64,000 nucleotides of DNA from an uncultured delta proteobacterium (GTDB lineage: Bacteria > Desulfobacterota > Binatia > UBA9968). Each line of letters starts with the position of its first letter. Position 1 is the stretch's first letter. The notes below the pieces were generated by a model, which made no database searches, was not told the DNA's origin, and saw only the letters and a list, made by a program, of their open reading frames with translations. The stretch lies in NCBI GenBank assembly GCA_963728565.1, contig CAVSLC010000013.1:128001-192000 (forward strand). The letters are read 5' to 3'. Made by a program: the position numbers and the translations under genes. Shown piece after piece: positions 34,123 to 43,341 of the stretch.

Positions 34123-34881
34123 ATGACAGTTTCTAGCGCAGAGTTCGTCAAAGAAATTCAGCAGATGGTGCGTAAAAAACATTCAAAGGATCACCCCATC
34201 ATCGGCATGATCGAGGAAGGCAAATTAGATCACGAGCAGCTCAAAGGGTTTGTTGGTCAGTTCTATTTGTTTTTTCCAAAGCCTTTTCCCAAGCCTATAG
34301 CCGCAATGCTCAGCCGCTGTCCAGACGACCCGGAACTCGAAAAAATGTGGATCGAAAACGTTGTCGAAGAAGGGACGGGGGAGATCACCGGTACGGACAG
34401 TCACAAGGGCCTCTTCATTCAATTTGCCCAATCGTGCGGCTTTACCAAAGAAGAGTTAGACAAGGTAGAGCCGCTCCCGGAAAGCCAAGCCTTCCTAGAT
34501 TGGCGCGAGCTTTTGATGTATCAGCGCAGCTGGCTCGAGTTGTATGCGTGCCAGGGGTTTTGCCTCGAAGGTACGGCAAACGAGCGTATGACAAAGATTG
34601 TCAATGGGCTTACCAAGCATTATGGATTCAAGCGGGATTCTGAAAGTATTCGGTACTGGACCCTCCATATGGGTGTTGATGAAGAACATATGAAAGTCGG
34701 GCCATTGGCTGTGGAGAGATACGCGATTACTGAACCTCAGCAGGCCCAAGTGCGGAGCTCAGTGCAAAAGACCCTGGATCAATTCTGGCTTGCTTTTGAT
34801 GGAATCAAACGAGCGTTCGTCGATAAAGATGACATTTACGCCAAGTGGAGAAATTCAGACAGCAAATCAACTTCAAAATAG
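34123..34881 (+). CDS. Heme-oxygenase-like dimetal oxidase (PqqC/TenA/CADD superfamily)
   Basis: Metal-ligand pattern ENVVEEG...SH, LEG, YWTLHMGVDEEH. Confidence 0.85.
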   Translation: MTVSSAEFVKEIQQMVRKKHSKDHPIIGMIEEGKLDHEQLKGFVGQFYLFFPKPFPKPIAAMLSRCPDDPELEKMWIENVVEEGTGEITGTDSHKGLFIQFAQSCGFTKEELDKVEPLPESQAFLDWRELLMYQRSWLELYACQGFCLEGTANERMTKIVNGLTKHYGFKRDSESIRYWTLHMGVDEEHMKVGPLAVERYAITEPQQAQVRSSVQKTLDQFWLAFDGIKRAFVDKDDIYAKWRNSDSKSTSK

Positions 34882-34894
34882 AAGGGGATGATTC

Positions 34895-35548
34895 ATGGAG
34901 ATGGTTGATCTTTCGCGAATTATTTACGACGGTATGCCCAAAATCCCGGCTCTGCCGGACGTTCATGTGCAGAAGTTTTTTAGTCTCGAAAAGGGCCACC
35001 CTTTGAACGTGACGGAGCTGTCGTTGCCATGTCACGCCGGCACTCACGTCGATGCGCCCATTCACATAGTGCCAAACGGCAAGTCAATAGAAGAACTTCC
35101 GCTGGATTCATTTGTCGGCAACGGAGCCATCATCGCTGTACGAAAAAACGGCGGAGAAGAAGTGACAGCGGAGGATCTTCAGGCATCGGGGGTTGAGGTG
35201 AAGAAGGGCGATATCCTGATGCTCTATACCGGCTGGGACGAAAAGTTCGATAGTCCTGATTATAACCTTCATCCGTATTTGTCCGTAGATGCCGCCGAAT
35301 GGATGGTTGATAAGGGGATAAAGATGTTTGGTATCGACTGCATCACCGTCGATTTGCCGACGCCGCTTAGACCCAAGGGATTTGATTTCCCCGTGCACAA
35401 AACTCTTCTAAGCAACAACATTTTAATTGCAGAGAACGTGACAAATCTTGGACCTGTCGTTGGCAAGAGCTGCCGGATCCTGGCCTTTCCTCTCCGGATC
35501 AAAGGCAGCGATGCGGGACATGCTCGAATTGTCGCCGAACTCAATTGA
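34895..35548 (+). CDS. Cyclase-family metallohydrolase (kynurenine formamidase-like)
   Basis: HAGTHVDAPIH, GDILMLYTG, GID, VH..LL...ENV, GSDAGHARIVA. Confidence 0.9.
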   Translation: MEMVDLSRIIYDGMPKIPALPDVHVQKFFSLEKGHPLNVTELSLPCHAGTHVDAPIHIVPNGKSIEELPLDSFVGNGAIIAVRKNGGEEVTAEDLQASGVEVKKGDILMLYTGWDEKFDSPDYNLHPYLSVDAAEWMVDKGIKMFGIDCITVDLPTPLRPKGFDFPVHKTLLSNNILIAENVTNLGPVVGKSCRILAFPLRIKGSDAGHARIVAELN

Positions 35549-35564
35549 GCTTAGGTTGAAATAT

Positions 35565-36534
35565 ATGGCTTCAACGAAAACCATCAAAGGGTATTATCGG
35601 CGCTTGTTTAACGCCGTTCGACGATAGCGACCATATAGATTATCCGGCCTTAGAGAAGGAAATGGATTTTCTTCTTGCCGATTGTGACGCGGTAACAATT
35701 GCCGCTGTGGAAGCCGCCGAGTACACCATGCTCAGCCGCGAAGAGCGAAAAGAGCTTTTAAAAGTCGGCACGCAGATGGTCGACAAGCGCGTTCCGGTAA
35801 TCATTGGTTGTTCCAGTCCGTCGCCTCGCGAAGTAATTGACCTGGCCGAGTACGCAGCCACGATTGGCGGAGACTTTGTCCAAGTGCTGATGCCGCTCCG
35901 CCCATGGGGAGGTCAACCGACCATAGCGGAGTTGATGGAATTTTATACACAAGTCGCGTCGGCAAGTCCCTTGCCGGTGGTTTGTTATCATAATCCTGGG
36001 CCGGGCGCCGATCCGCCACAGGATGCTTTCGTCAAGATAAGCGAAATTGACAACATCCGATATTTCAAGGAAAGCTCAAGAGATATCACGAAGATCTCCA
36101 GGTTAATTGAACAGATCGAACTTGCCGGGCGGGGTCATTACTTCACCACCATGCAGCCACTGCTAGTCACTTTGATGCTCGGCGGCTCCGGCGCCACTAT
36201 GCCTCCGCCCGGAACCCGCATCGGGGCGCAAATTGTGAAAGCATTTCGAGCAAACGATCTTGAAAGCGCCCGGTTTTGGGCGCGCTGCTACGCATTATTT
36301 CCCGGAAAATGGGCCGCTTACGGTTTGCCGCCGGTAATGAAATCTGCGATGAAACACTTCGGCGTGGATATCGGCAATCCTTCGCGGCCCTATGCCCCCG
36401 TAAGCCCCCGCGATCATGCTCAAATCGGCCAGTTTCTCCGCCAGGTTGGGTTAATTGGTGAAGCCCCACCTAATCCGAAAGCTTTGATAGACGCCGCTAA
36501 TTTCCTTGCTCAGGAAGATACCTTTCTCCGTTAG
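35565..36534 (+). CDS. DapA/NanA-family aldolase/lyase; apparent 1-nt insertion near 35590
   Basis: MASTKTIK, then GIIGACLTPFDD..IDY in the shifted frame that joins ORF 35662; CYHNP and Schiff-base Lys in YFKESS. Confidence 0.85.
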
Positions 36535-36603
36535 CTTGACGATGGATACTCGCTAGGAGCAATCGTCTCGCAAATATTCGCGCATAATCTTATTGGAGCT
36601 GTG

Positions 36604-36792
36604 ATGGAATGGATTAAAGATCTTTCCGATAAACTGGTTATTTGGTTTCTCCGCAAAACTTCCTCGTTCGGCAAAGAGCTTACCGGCGCAGGTCGAGCAG
36701 AGCAGCTCCTGTGGCGAGAGCAGCGCTTGCGGAATCTAAAGGGTCTCGCAATGAGCTACCAGCAACGCCACGGTAAAAAAACTTCAGAATAG
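36604..36792 (+). CDS. Small basic hypothetical protein (62 aa)
   Basis: GGAG RBS, fills the gap in a collinear cluster, stops 12 nt before the SQR-like gene. Confidence 0.55.
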   Translation: MEWIKDLSDKLVIWFLRKTSSFGKELTGAGRAEQLLWREQRLRNLKGLAMSYQQRHGKKTSE

Positions 36793-36804
36793 GTTTCCGA
36801 TCTA

Positions 36805-37962
36805 ATGCGTCGATTCAATGGGCGAAAACAAATTGTGATATTGGGCGGCGGGTGTGGCGGCGTGGTTGCCGCGAGTCAGCTGGGCAGGAAATTGGGCGCC
36901 GACCACGATGTTATTCTCATCGACCGCCGCGCGGATCACGTCTTTATGCCCGCGTTTCTATTCCTGATGACCGGTGACCGACAGCCGCGAGAGATTTGTC
37001 GCAGCCTGAGTGCGCTGAAGAAGCGCAACGTTAAAGTGATTCAATCCGAAATTCTCGACATCGATCCTATGGCTCAAGAGGTCAGCCTTGCCAAAGAAAA
37101 GATCAGTTATGACTATCTCATTGTTTCTTTAGGCTTGCAGACGAGACCGGACTTGGTAAGCGGCTTTAATGAAGCCTCGCTTCATCCTTGGGAGATGGAA
37201 TCGGCTCTCAGGTTGCGGCATGCACTGTCTGAGTTTCGCGGTGGAAGGGTTGTCGTCGGCGTGCCTTTGGGACCCTACCGCTGCCCGCCAGCGCCCTATG
37301 AGGCACAGTGGATGTTGGACGGCTTTTTTAGGCAGCGCGGTATTCGTGATCGTGTACAGATAGACTACTTTACCCGGGATCCTGAACCGACCGGCGAAGC
37401 CCACGATCCGATAGTTTGGATGGACGCCGAGAGCAGAAGGCGCAAAATTGATATCCACTACGAATTTGTCGTGCGCTCTATCGATCCGGTCAAAAAACAA
37501 ATTGATGGACTCTATAACTATAGTTTGCCCTACGATCTTCTGGTGATGGTTCCGCCGCATCGTCCAGCGCAAGTTCTCCTCGACTGTGGATTGGCAGAGG
37601 CTGAAACCGGCATACGAGTAGACTATGACACGCTGCAAACGAAATGGAAAAACGTCTTCGCGATCGGCGATTGTGCCGATATGCCGGCTTCTAAAGCGGG
37701 AGGTGTTGCCCACCAAGAAGCTGACGTTCTGGCTAACAATTTAGCTGTAGAAATCACTGGAAAGGGAAGACCGGTAGATCTTTGGCTGCATACAATATGA
37801 CTACTTGCTTTCGGCGCTGGACGCGCCGCTGCTAATAGAACAACTTACCCCACCGGATGGCCGCCTTACGGAGTCACCGATCCCCGGACATGGGGACCCA
37901 ATCGACTGATCTATTGGGCTAAGATTGGCTTTGAAAAATGGTGGTTGTGGCGGTATTTCTAG
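36805..37962 (+). CDS. Sulfide:quinone oxidoreductase-like FAD oxidoreductase, probable selenoprotein (385 aa, Sec332)
   Basis: GGGCGG FAD motif, YDYLIVSLG, YRCPPAPYE (Cys160), FAIGD, KAG. The in-frame TGA at 37798 is followed by LLAFGAG...YWAKIGFEKWWLWRYF-TAG. Confidence 0.85.
37812..37828 (+). promoter_or_regulatory. Candidate bacterial SECIS element
   Basis: CGGCGC-TGGAC-GCGCCG: 6-bp all-GC stem starting 11 nt after the TGA; the loop starts 17 nt after it, with G at loop position 2. Confidence 0.7.
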
Positions 37963-38127
37963 AGCCTAGACTTTAATTCAGAGTAAGCTTTATCGAGGCG
38001 GAGCAAATCATCTCATCCAACTTACTTCTTTGGCGTAACTTGAGGCATTCGATTGCCGGGGCCGATTCATGGTTGGATTAGAGTAGCAGGGGTAGGGGCG
38101 CAGCAAATAAGTGGAGGCGTATACAAA

Positions 38128-38155
38128 AGTTTACATAATATATCTTATCAGACGT
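38128..38155 (-). other. dif: dif site (XerC/XerD chromosome dimer resolution)
   Basis: Minus strand reads ACGTCTGATAA GATATA TTATGTAAACT (11-6-11), compared with E. coli GGTGCGCATAA TGTATA TTATGTTAAAT. It is intergenic between convergent genes. Confidence 0.9.
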
Positions 38156-38219
38156 TAGATTATGAGGAAGGCTAGATCAAGGAGTTGACGAACTGTAGTC
38201 ACTACTCGATGGATCGTCA

Positions 38220-38915
38220 CTATTTAACGGCTGACTCCGGCTCAGCCTTGGCTTGCAGTTCAGCAACTTGCAGCATGAGACGCGCGGCAATCGGTGAGTT
38301 AGGGTTTTCTTTGATGTACTGCTGATATGCAACAATCGCCGATTTGTTGTCACCGACGACCGTATAACACCGTGCCTTTCCGAGCACGGCGGATTCCTTC
38401 AGCGCTCCGGTAATTCGTTCCGCTTCGGTATAGTGCTGAATTGCGCCGGCGCATTGGTTTTTCACTTCTTGTATGTGCCCAAGCGTCATCAAACCTATCT
38501 GTCGATAAACGGAGTTCTGATCTGTGGAAGCGATGAAGCGCTGGGCCGCCGCGGCCGCTTTGTCCAGATCGTTTGTAGCTAGATGACTGTTGGCCTCGTA
38601 GAGATGCGCCAGAGCGGCATAATGAGACCAGCGATACTCTTCGACTTTTTCAAATTCCGGAATCGCTTCGTTGTGCTTATTGGCGCGAAAAAGCGCGATC
38701 GCCCTTTCGAAGTGCTGGGCTGCTTCCTGGTTTTGGCGGCTCTTATAAACCTGCCAAAGCGAAATCCCGATGATCACAGCCATGATCAAAGCACCAGCCA
38801 GAATAAAAAGTCGACGCTTTTGTTGAACGAAACTCAAGGCCTGCTGAGTGAATAGCACGAAGTTGTCGGGTTGCCGGAGTTCCTTACGTGACAAGTGCTT
38901 AGCGCTGGTCGCCAT
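38220..38915 (-). CDS. Membrane-anchored TPR protein (YfgM-like)
   Basis: RKELRQPD.F N-terminus, one TM helix, TPR helices. Confidence 0.8.
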   Translation of the reverse strand: MATSAKHLSRKELRQPDNFVLFTQQALSFVQQKRRLFILAGALIMAVIIGISLWQVYKSRQNQEAAQHFERAIALFRANKHNEAIPEFEKVEEYRWSHYAALAHLYEANSHLATNDLDKAAAAAQRFIASTDQNSVYRQIGLMTLGHIQEVKNQCAGAIQHYTEAERITGALKESAVLGKARCYTVVGDNKSAIVAYQQYIKENPNSPIAARLMLQVAELQAKAEPESAVK

Positions 38916-38972
38916 AACTTCTGATTTGCGTTGATGCGAAAGGATTGACTCTCAAAAGCAGGTTAAGAACTG

Positions 38973-39500
38973 CTACATCTTGTATTTGAAATCATCGGGC
39001 GTCATCTTCTCTAAGATCTCTGCCCACTTTTCTTGGGAAACATTTGAGACGTTTTCGACCGGAGGTTCTTTCCCTTCTTCGTTCTGTTGAAGAATGCTGG
39101 AGGCTTCGAGAACCGCCTTGGCGACGAAAATCGGGCTTTTGGTGCGCAGAGCTAACGCGATCGCATCGCTGGGACGGGAGTCGATAACCACCTGACGGCC
39201 TGAAATGTTTAGATACACCAGCGCAAAGTAGGTATTTTCCTTAAGGTCAGTGATTTCGATAGAGTCAACGGCGCAACCGACTTCGCCGAGAATATTTTTG
39301 ATCAGGTCATGAGTCATTGGCCGAGCCATTTTAATTCCTTCGATTTCCGTCGCCATGGCGGTGGCCTCTAGTAAACCGATCCAGATGGGCAGATTCAGTT
39401 TGTTATCGGTGTCTTTCAAAATGACAATGGGAGTTTTGGTCACTGGGTCGAGTGTTAGCCCACCCACGGACATCTGAATTGCGTCATCCCGTTTTGTCAT
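38973..39500 (-). CDS. Bifunctional nuclease family (DUF151)
   Basis: LPIWIGLLEA, RPMTHDL, DSRPSDAIALALR. Confidence 0.92.
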   Translation of the reverse strand: MTKRDDAIQMSVGGLTLDPVTKTPIVILKDTDNKLNLPIWIGLLEATAMATEIEGIKMARPMTHDLIKNILGEVGCAVDSIEITDLKENTYFALVYLNISGRQVVIDSRPSDAIALALRTKSPIFVAKAVLEASSILQQNEEGKEPPVENVSNVSQEKWAEILEKMTPDDFKYKM

Positions 39501-40858
39501 ACCATTTCCCCCTGCGCTTGGATTTCTGAAGCTGTTTCTTCAATGGTGAGTTCTCCGACCAGGGAGTTAACTGTTGCAGCGATGATCCGTGCGTTTATCA
39601 TCTCCCCGATCAGATTCCCACGCCCCACAATATTAACGATTCGATTGCTTCGCGTGCGCCCCATTACTTGCGCTCTATTGCGCGAATGGCCGTCAATCAA
39701 TACTTCTTCGATCGCCCCGATTTTTTCCTTGTTTTTTCTTAGGGAAATTTCCTGCTGAACATTCTGCACTTGCTTCAGCCGCTCTTTCTTCTTTTCTTCT
39801 AGGACGTCGTCGTTGTAGAGCTTTGCCGATACAGTATGGATGCGCGGCGAGTACATGAACGAGTAAATTTCATCATACTCCACTTGACTCAGCAATTCTA
39901 GGGTTCTTTCAAACTCGTCATCGGTTTCGCCCGGAAATCCGACAATGATGTCCGTGCTCAAGGCAACTTCAGGGCAACGTTGTCGCAAGCGATCAATACG
40001 ACCGAAATACTCGCTGCGCGTATAACCGCGACGCATTCTCACGAGCACGCTATCGGAACCGGACTGAACAGGCAAATGAAGGTGTTCGCAAACTTTATCC
40101 AGAGTAGCGTAGGCCTCGATCAGGTCCTCGGACAGATCTTGCGGGTGAGAAGTTGTAAACCGAATCCGTGAAAGTCCTTCAACTGCATCAACGCGCTGAA
40201 GAAGTTCCGCAAAGGAGATTTCGCCGGCAGATGTCTTGCCGTAAGAGTTTACGTTCTGACCAAGCAACATCACTTCTTTAACGCCCTGAGTAGTCAGTGA
40301 TTTAATTTCGGCGATAATTTTTTCGCTCGGCCGGCTCACTTCGCGACCACGAACGTGCGGAACGATGCAGAAGCTGCAAACCTTATTGCAACCCTGCATG
40401 ATGGTGACGAATGCTTTTGCGCCCTGTACGTGGGTCCTGCCGTCGGGATCTTCCATGTAGGAAGCATCCCGGTAGAAAGCGATTTCGACTGGACGGGCGT
40501 GAGCCGACTCTACCTGTTCGATCATATCGGGGAGCTTGTGGATATTGTGGGTGCCGAAAACGAGATCTAAATGAGCAATGCGCTTGAGAAGCCGGTCTCC
40601 TTCTTGTTGCGCAACGCAACCTCCGACTCCTATAATGACACCTGATTTCTGCTGTTTGATTTCACGCCAGCTCCCGAGGGCGCTGTAAACCTTTTGCTCC
40701 GCCTTATCGCGCACGCTGCAGGTATTTAATAGAAGCAAGTCGGCATTTGCGGGTTCGTCGGTCAGCGTGTAATTTGCCCGGCCCATGACCTGCGCGATCC
40801 GTTCTGAATCATATTGATTCATCTGGCAACCGTAGGTCTGGATATACATCTTCTTCAT
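39497..40858 (-). CDS. miaB: tRNA methylthiotransferase MiaB
   Basis: TYGCQMN, NTCSVR, GCVAQ, GCNKVCSFCIVP, C-terminal TRAM domain. Confidence 0.96.
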   Translation of the reverse strand: MKKMYIQTYGCQMNQYDSERIAQVMGRANYTLTDEPANADLLLLNTCSVRDKAEQKVYSALGSWREIKQQKSGVIIGVGGCVAQQEGDRLLKRIAHLDLVFGTHNIHKLPDMIEQVESAHARPVEIAFYRDASYMEDPDGRTHVQGAKAFVTIMQGCNKVCSFCIVPHVRGREVSRPSEKIIAEIKSLTTQGVKEVMLLGQNVNSYGKTSAGEISFAELLQRVDAVEGLSRIRFTTSHPQDLSEDLIEAYATLDKVCEHLHLPVQSGSDSVLVRMRRGYTRSEYFGRIDRLRQRCPEVALSTDIIVGFPGETDDEFERTLELLSQVEYDEIYSFMYSPRIHTVSAKLYNDDVLEEKKKERLKQVQNVQQEISLRKNKEKIGAIEEVLIDGHSRNRAQVMGRTRSNRIVNIVGRGNLIGEMINARIIAATVNSLVGELTIEETASEIQAQGEMV

Positions 40859-42261
40859 GGCGCGATGGCTTCAATGAGGTTGTAAAGTTGGCCGATGTTG
40901 CGGCACTCCTCCGCAACCTTACAGTAAGGAGCGTAACGTGGCATTTCGCTGTCGCCCACTCCCCAGGTCATCCTACTTTCAGGATTGAGCCAAATCAGTT
41001 GCTTGGCCTTTTGCTGGATTTCTCGCAACACCCATTCGGCCGGACGATTATAATTGTTTCGGCCATCGCCGATGATCAAAACCGTGGTCTTATTGGTGAC
41101 GGCCGAAAAATATTCTTTGTAGAACAGCTCAAAGGCACGGCCGAAGTTGGAGTGCGAGTAAACATCGATGACATTTCCCGTGAGAGCCATTTCGATGGCC
41201 TTATGGATATCGTGTTCTTCGAAGAGCTGAGTCACCTCTCCAATATCGCTGACGAAAACAAAACTTCGCACCTTTGAATAGAGATCCTGAATAGAATAAA
41301 CAAATTGCAGCATAAAGCGTGACGCATTCAAGACAGAATCCGAAATGTCGCACAAGACCACGACCTGAGGCTTGGTTTTCGTTCGGCGGTCCAATTGGAT
41401 ATGGAAAGGCACTCCACCGAACTGAAGATTTTTGCGCAGCGTTTCGTTTAAGTCGAATCGCCCGCGAGCAGCATTCTTACGCCGGACAGAGAGCCTATTC
41501 TTAAATCGCTGAGCCAGTCGTGTAACCGCCTCGTTCATCCGTTGAATGTCGTCTTCGCTATAGAAGCTGAAGCTCTTCTCCGCCAGTGTCACCAATCGAC
41601 TTCGATCCGAACCGTCCATTCCGCGCTTTCGCTGTTCCTGCTGGATGATCTCGCGGAGCATTCCGTACAAGTTCTTGAGGCGCTGATCAAGGTAGCGAAT
41701 AACCAATTCCGAGCTTTCGCCGCTTTGCGCCAGCATCTGTAAATGGCTCTTAAGCCGTTCGATTTCATCCTGAAGCTTGTCGAGCTCAAGGTTGGATGCG
41801 ATCTTAGTAAACGGTGTGAAGCGAAAACTCTGATTGAACCCTCGTTCCGCTTCGGCGGCAGCTGCCTGCCGCAACAAGCGCTCCAGCTCTCCCTTGTTGC
41901 CGCTAAGCAGAGCCCGGGTGAGATCGGACAGCTCCCCTTCCATTTGCTTGAGGAATCTATCGATGCGATCGAGCAGCTCTTGAAACTCCTGAGGTGACAA
42001 ACCGAGCTGCTCCATCAACTGTTGGTCCGCTTGATTAAGGGATCGACCGATACCCAAAAAGAACAAGTCAAATAGTTCATCAAACGGCCGTAAATCAATC
42101 GCGCGTTTTACCAGCGTGGTTCGGAGGGCGGCGCGAAACTGTGACGGATCTTCAATGCCCAGCAAATCGATGGCGCGAAATGCGTCGATATTCTCCGACA
42201 ACGACACGCGCACGCCATTGCGCCTGAGGACGTTGGTAAATTCGATGATCTGGTCCTGCAT
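40855..42261 (-). CDS. VWA-domain CoxE-like protein
   Basis: LCDISDSV MIDAS-like motif, IIGDGRNNY, WLNPE..WGVGDSEM. Confidence 0.88.
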   Translation of the reverse strand: MQDQIIEFTNVLRRNGVRVSLSENIDAFRAIDLLGIEDPSQFRAALRTTLVKRAIDLRPFDELFDLFFLGIGRSLNQADQQLMEQLGLSPQEFQELLDRIDRFLKQMEGELSDLTRALLSGNKGELERLLRQAAAAEAERGFNQSFRFTPFTKIASNLELDKLQDEIERLKSHLQMLAQSGESSELVIRYLDQRLKNLYGMLREIIQQEQRKRGMDGSDRSRLVTLAEKSFSFYSEDDIQRMNEAVTRLAQRFKNRLSVRRKNAARGRFDLNETLRKNLQFGGVPFHIQLDRRTKTKPQVVVLCDISDSVLNASRFMLQFVYSIQDLYSKVRSFVFVSDIGEVTQLFEEHDIHKAIEMALTGNVIDVYSHSNFGRAFELFYKEYFSAVTNKTTVLIIGDGRNNYNRPAEWVLREIQQKAKQLIWLNPESRMTWGVGDSEMPRYAPYCKVAEECRNIGQLYNLIEAIAP

Positions 42262-42276
42262 TGAGAAACCTAGTAT

Positions 42277-43236
42277 CTAATGCAGATGATCCTTGTCATC
42301 TTGGGGCTTGACGCCCGGAATAGCGCGGCGCTCCGCCAAGTAGCTTTGTAATTCTTGCTGCGCCTTCCGAATATCGGCTTCATATTTTACGAGAGTCGAT
42401 AGCGTTGCGTTCACCAGTTCGTCATCCAGCGATCTAACGTTCAGTAAAGTTAGAGCTTTGACCCAGTCGAGAGTTTCGCTGATACTCGGGGTTTTTTTCA
42501 GGTCGAGCTTGCGAATACGTTGGATCAGCTGAATTACGTTCTGCGTCAATTTGTAATCGATTCCAGGAACTTTGAGGTTGACGATCTCGGCTTCGCGTTG
42601 GGCGTCGGGAAAGTCGATATGAAGATGCAGACAACGGCGTTTAAGAGCGTCGGACATCTCACGGCTGCTGTTACTGGTGAGCACGACCAGCGGAATGTGT
42701 TTGGCCTTCAGAGTGCCGATCTCGGGCACACTGATCTGGAAATCGCTCAAAACCTCGAGCAAGAATGCCTCAAATTCAGCGTCCGACTTATCCACTTCGT
42801 CGATCAGTAAAACGCTTCGTTTATCGGATAAAATCGCGCGCAGCAACGGACGTGGCAGCAAAAACCGATCAGAAAAGAAGACACCGTCCTGGCTGGCAAT
42901 GCGATCAACCGCCTGTTGCAAAGTTTTAGCTTCCTGCAAGACTTCGCCGATCTTGTCCTTGAGAATCTGGGTGTAGAGTAACTGCTTTGCGTATTCCCAT
43001 TCGTAGAGCGCTTTCGCTTCATCCAAGCCTTCGTAGCATTGCAATCGGATGAGCTCTAAACCCAATGAGCCCGCCAAAACTTTACCAAGCTCGGTCTTAC
43101 CGACACCGGCTGGACCTTCGACCAGAATCGGTTTCTGCAGGCAGATACCAAGATACACGACGGTGGCTAAATTCTTGTTACAGATATAGTTTTGAGCCCC
43201 AAAACCAGCGATGACCTGATCCACAGAATGAAACAT
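42277..43236 (-). CDS. MoxR/CoxD-family AAA+ ATPase
   Basis: EGPAGVGKT, RLQCYEG, LLIDEVDK, SDALKRRC. Confidence 0.92.
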   Translation of the reverse strand: MFHSVDQVIAGFGAQNYICNKNLATVVYLGICLQKPILVEGPAGVGKTELGKVLAGSLGLELIRLQCYEGLDEAKALYEWEYAKQLLYTQILKDKIGEVLQEAKTLQQAVDRIASQDGVFFSDRFLLPRPLLRAILSDKRSVLLIDEVDKSDAEFEAFLLEVLSDFQISVPEIGTLKAKHIPLVVLTSNSSREMSDALKRRCLHLHIDFPDAQREAEIVNLKVPGIDYKLTQNVIQLIQRIRKLDLKKTPSISETLDWVKALTLLNVRSLDDELVNATLSTLVKYEADIRKAQQELQSYLAERRAIPGVKPQDDKDHLH

Positions 43237-43341
43237 GAAGACCTCTCAATCCTGAGAACGCTAACACAAATGTAATATGACAACAAATCTCGCGGTTTGA
43301 AGTTTCGTGTTAGATTTCTTACCCTTCTGTGAATTACCACC

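Noticed and set aside
36575-36602. GCGCATAA resembling a XerC arm (possible second dif delimiting an island)
   Set aside because: No XerD arm (TTATGT..) at the 6-bp spacing.
40855-43236. coxD/coxE-like pair as evidence for aerobic CO dehydrogenase
   Set aside because: No coxMSL genes are adjacent, and the Mo subunit in the window lacks the CODH active-site motif.
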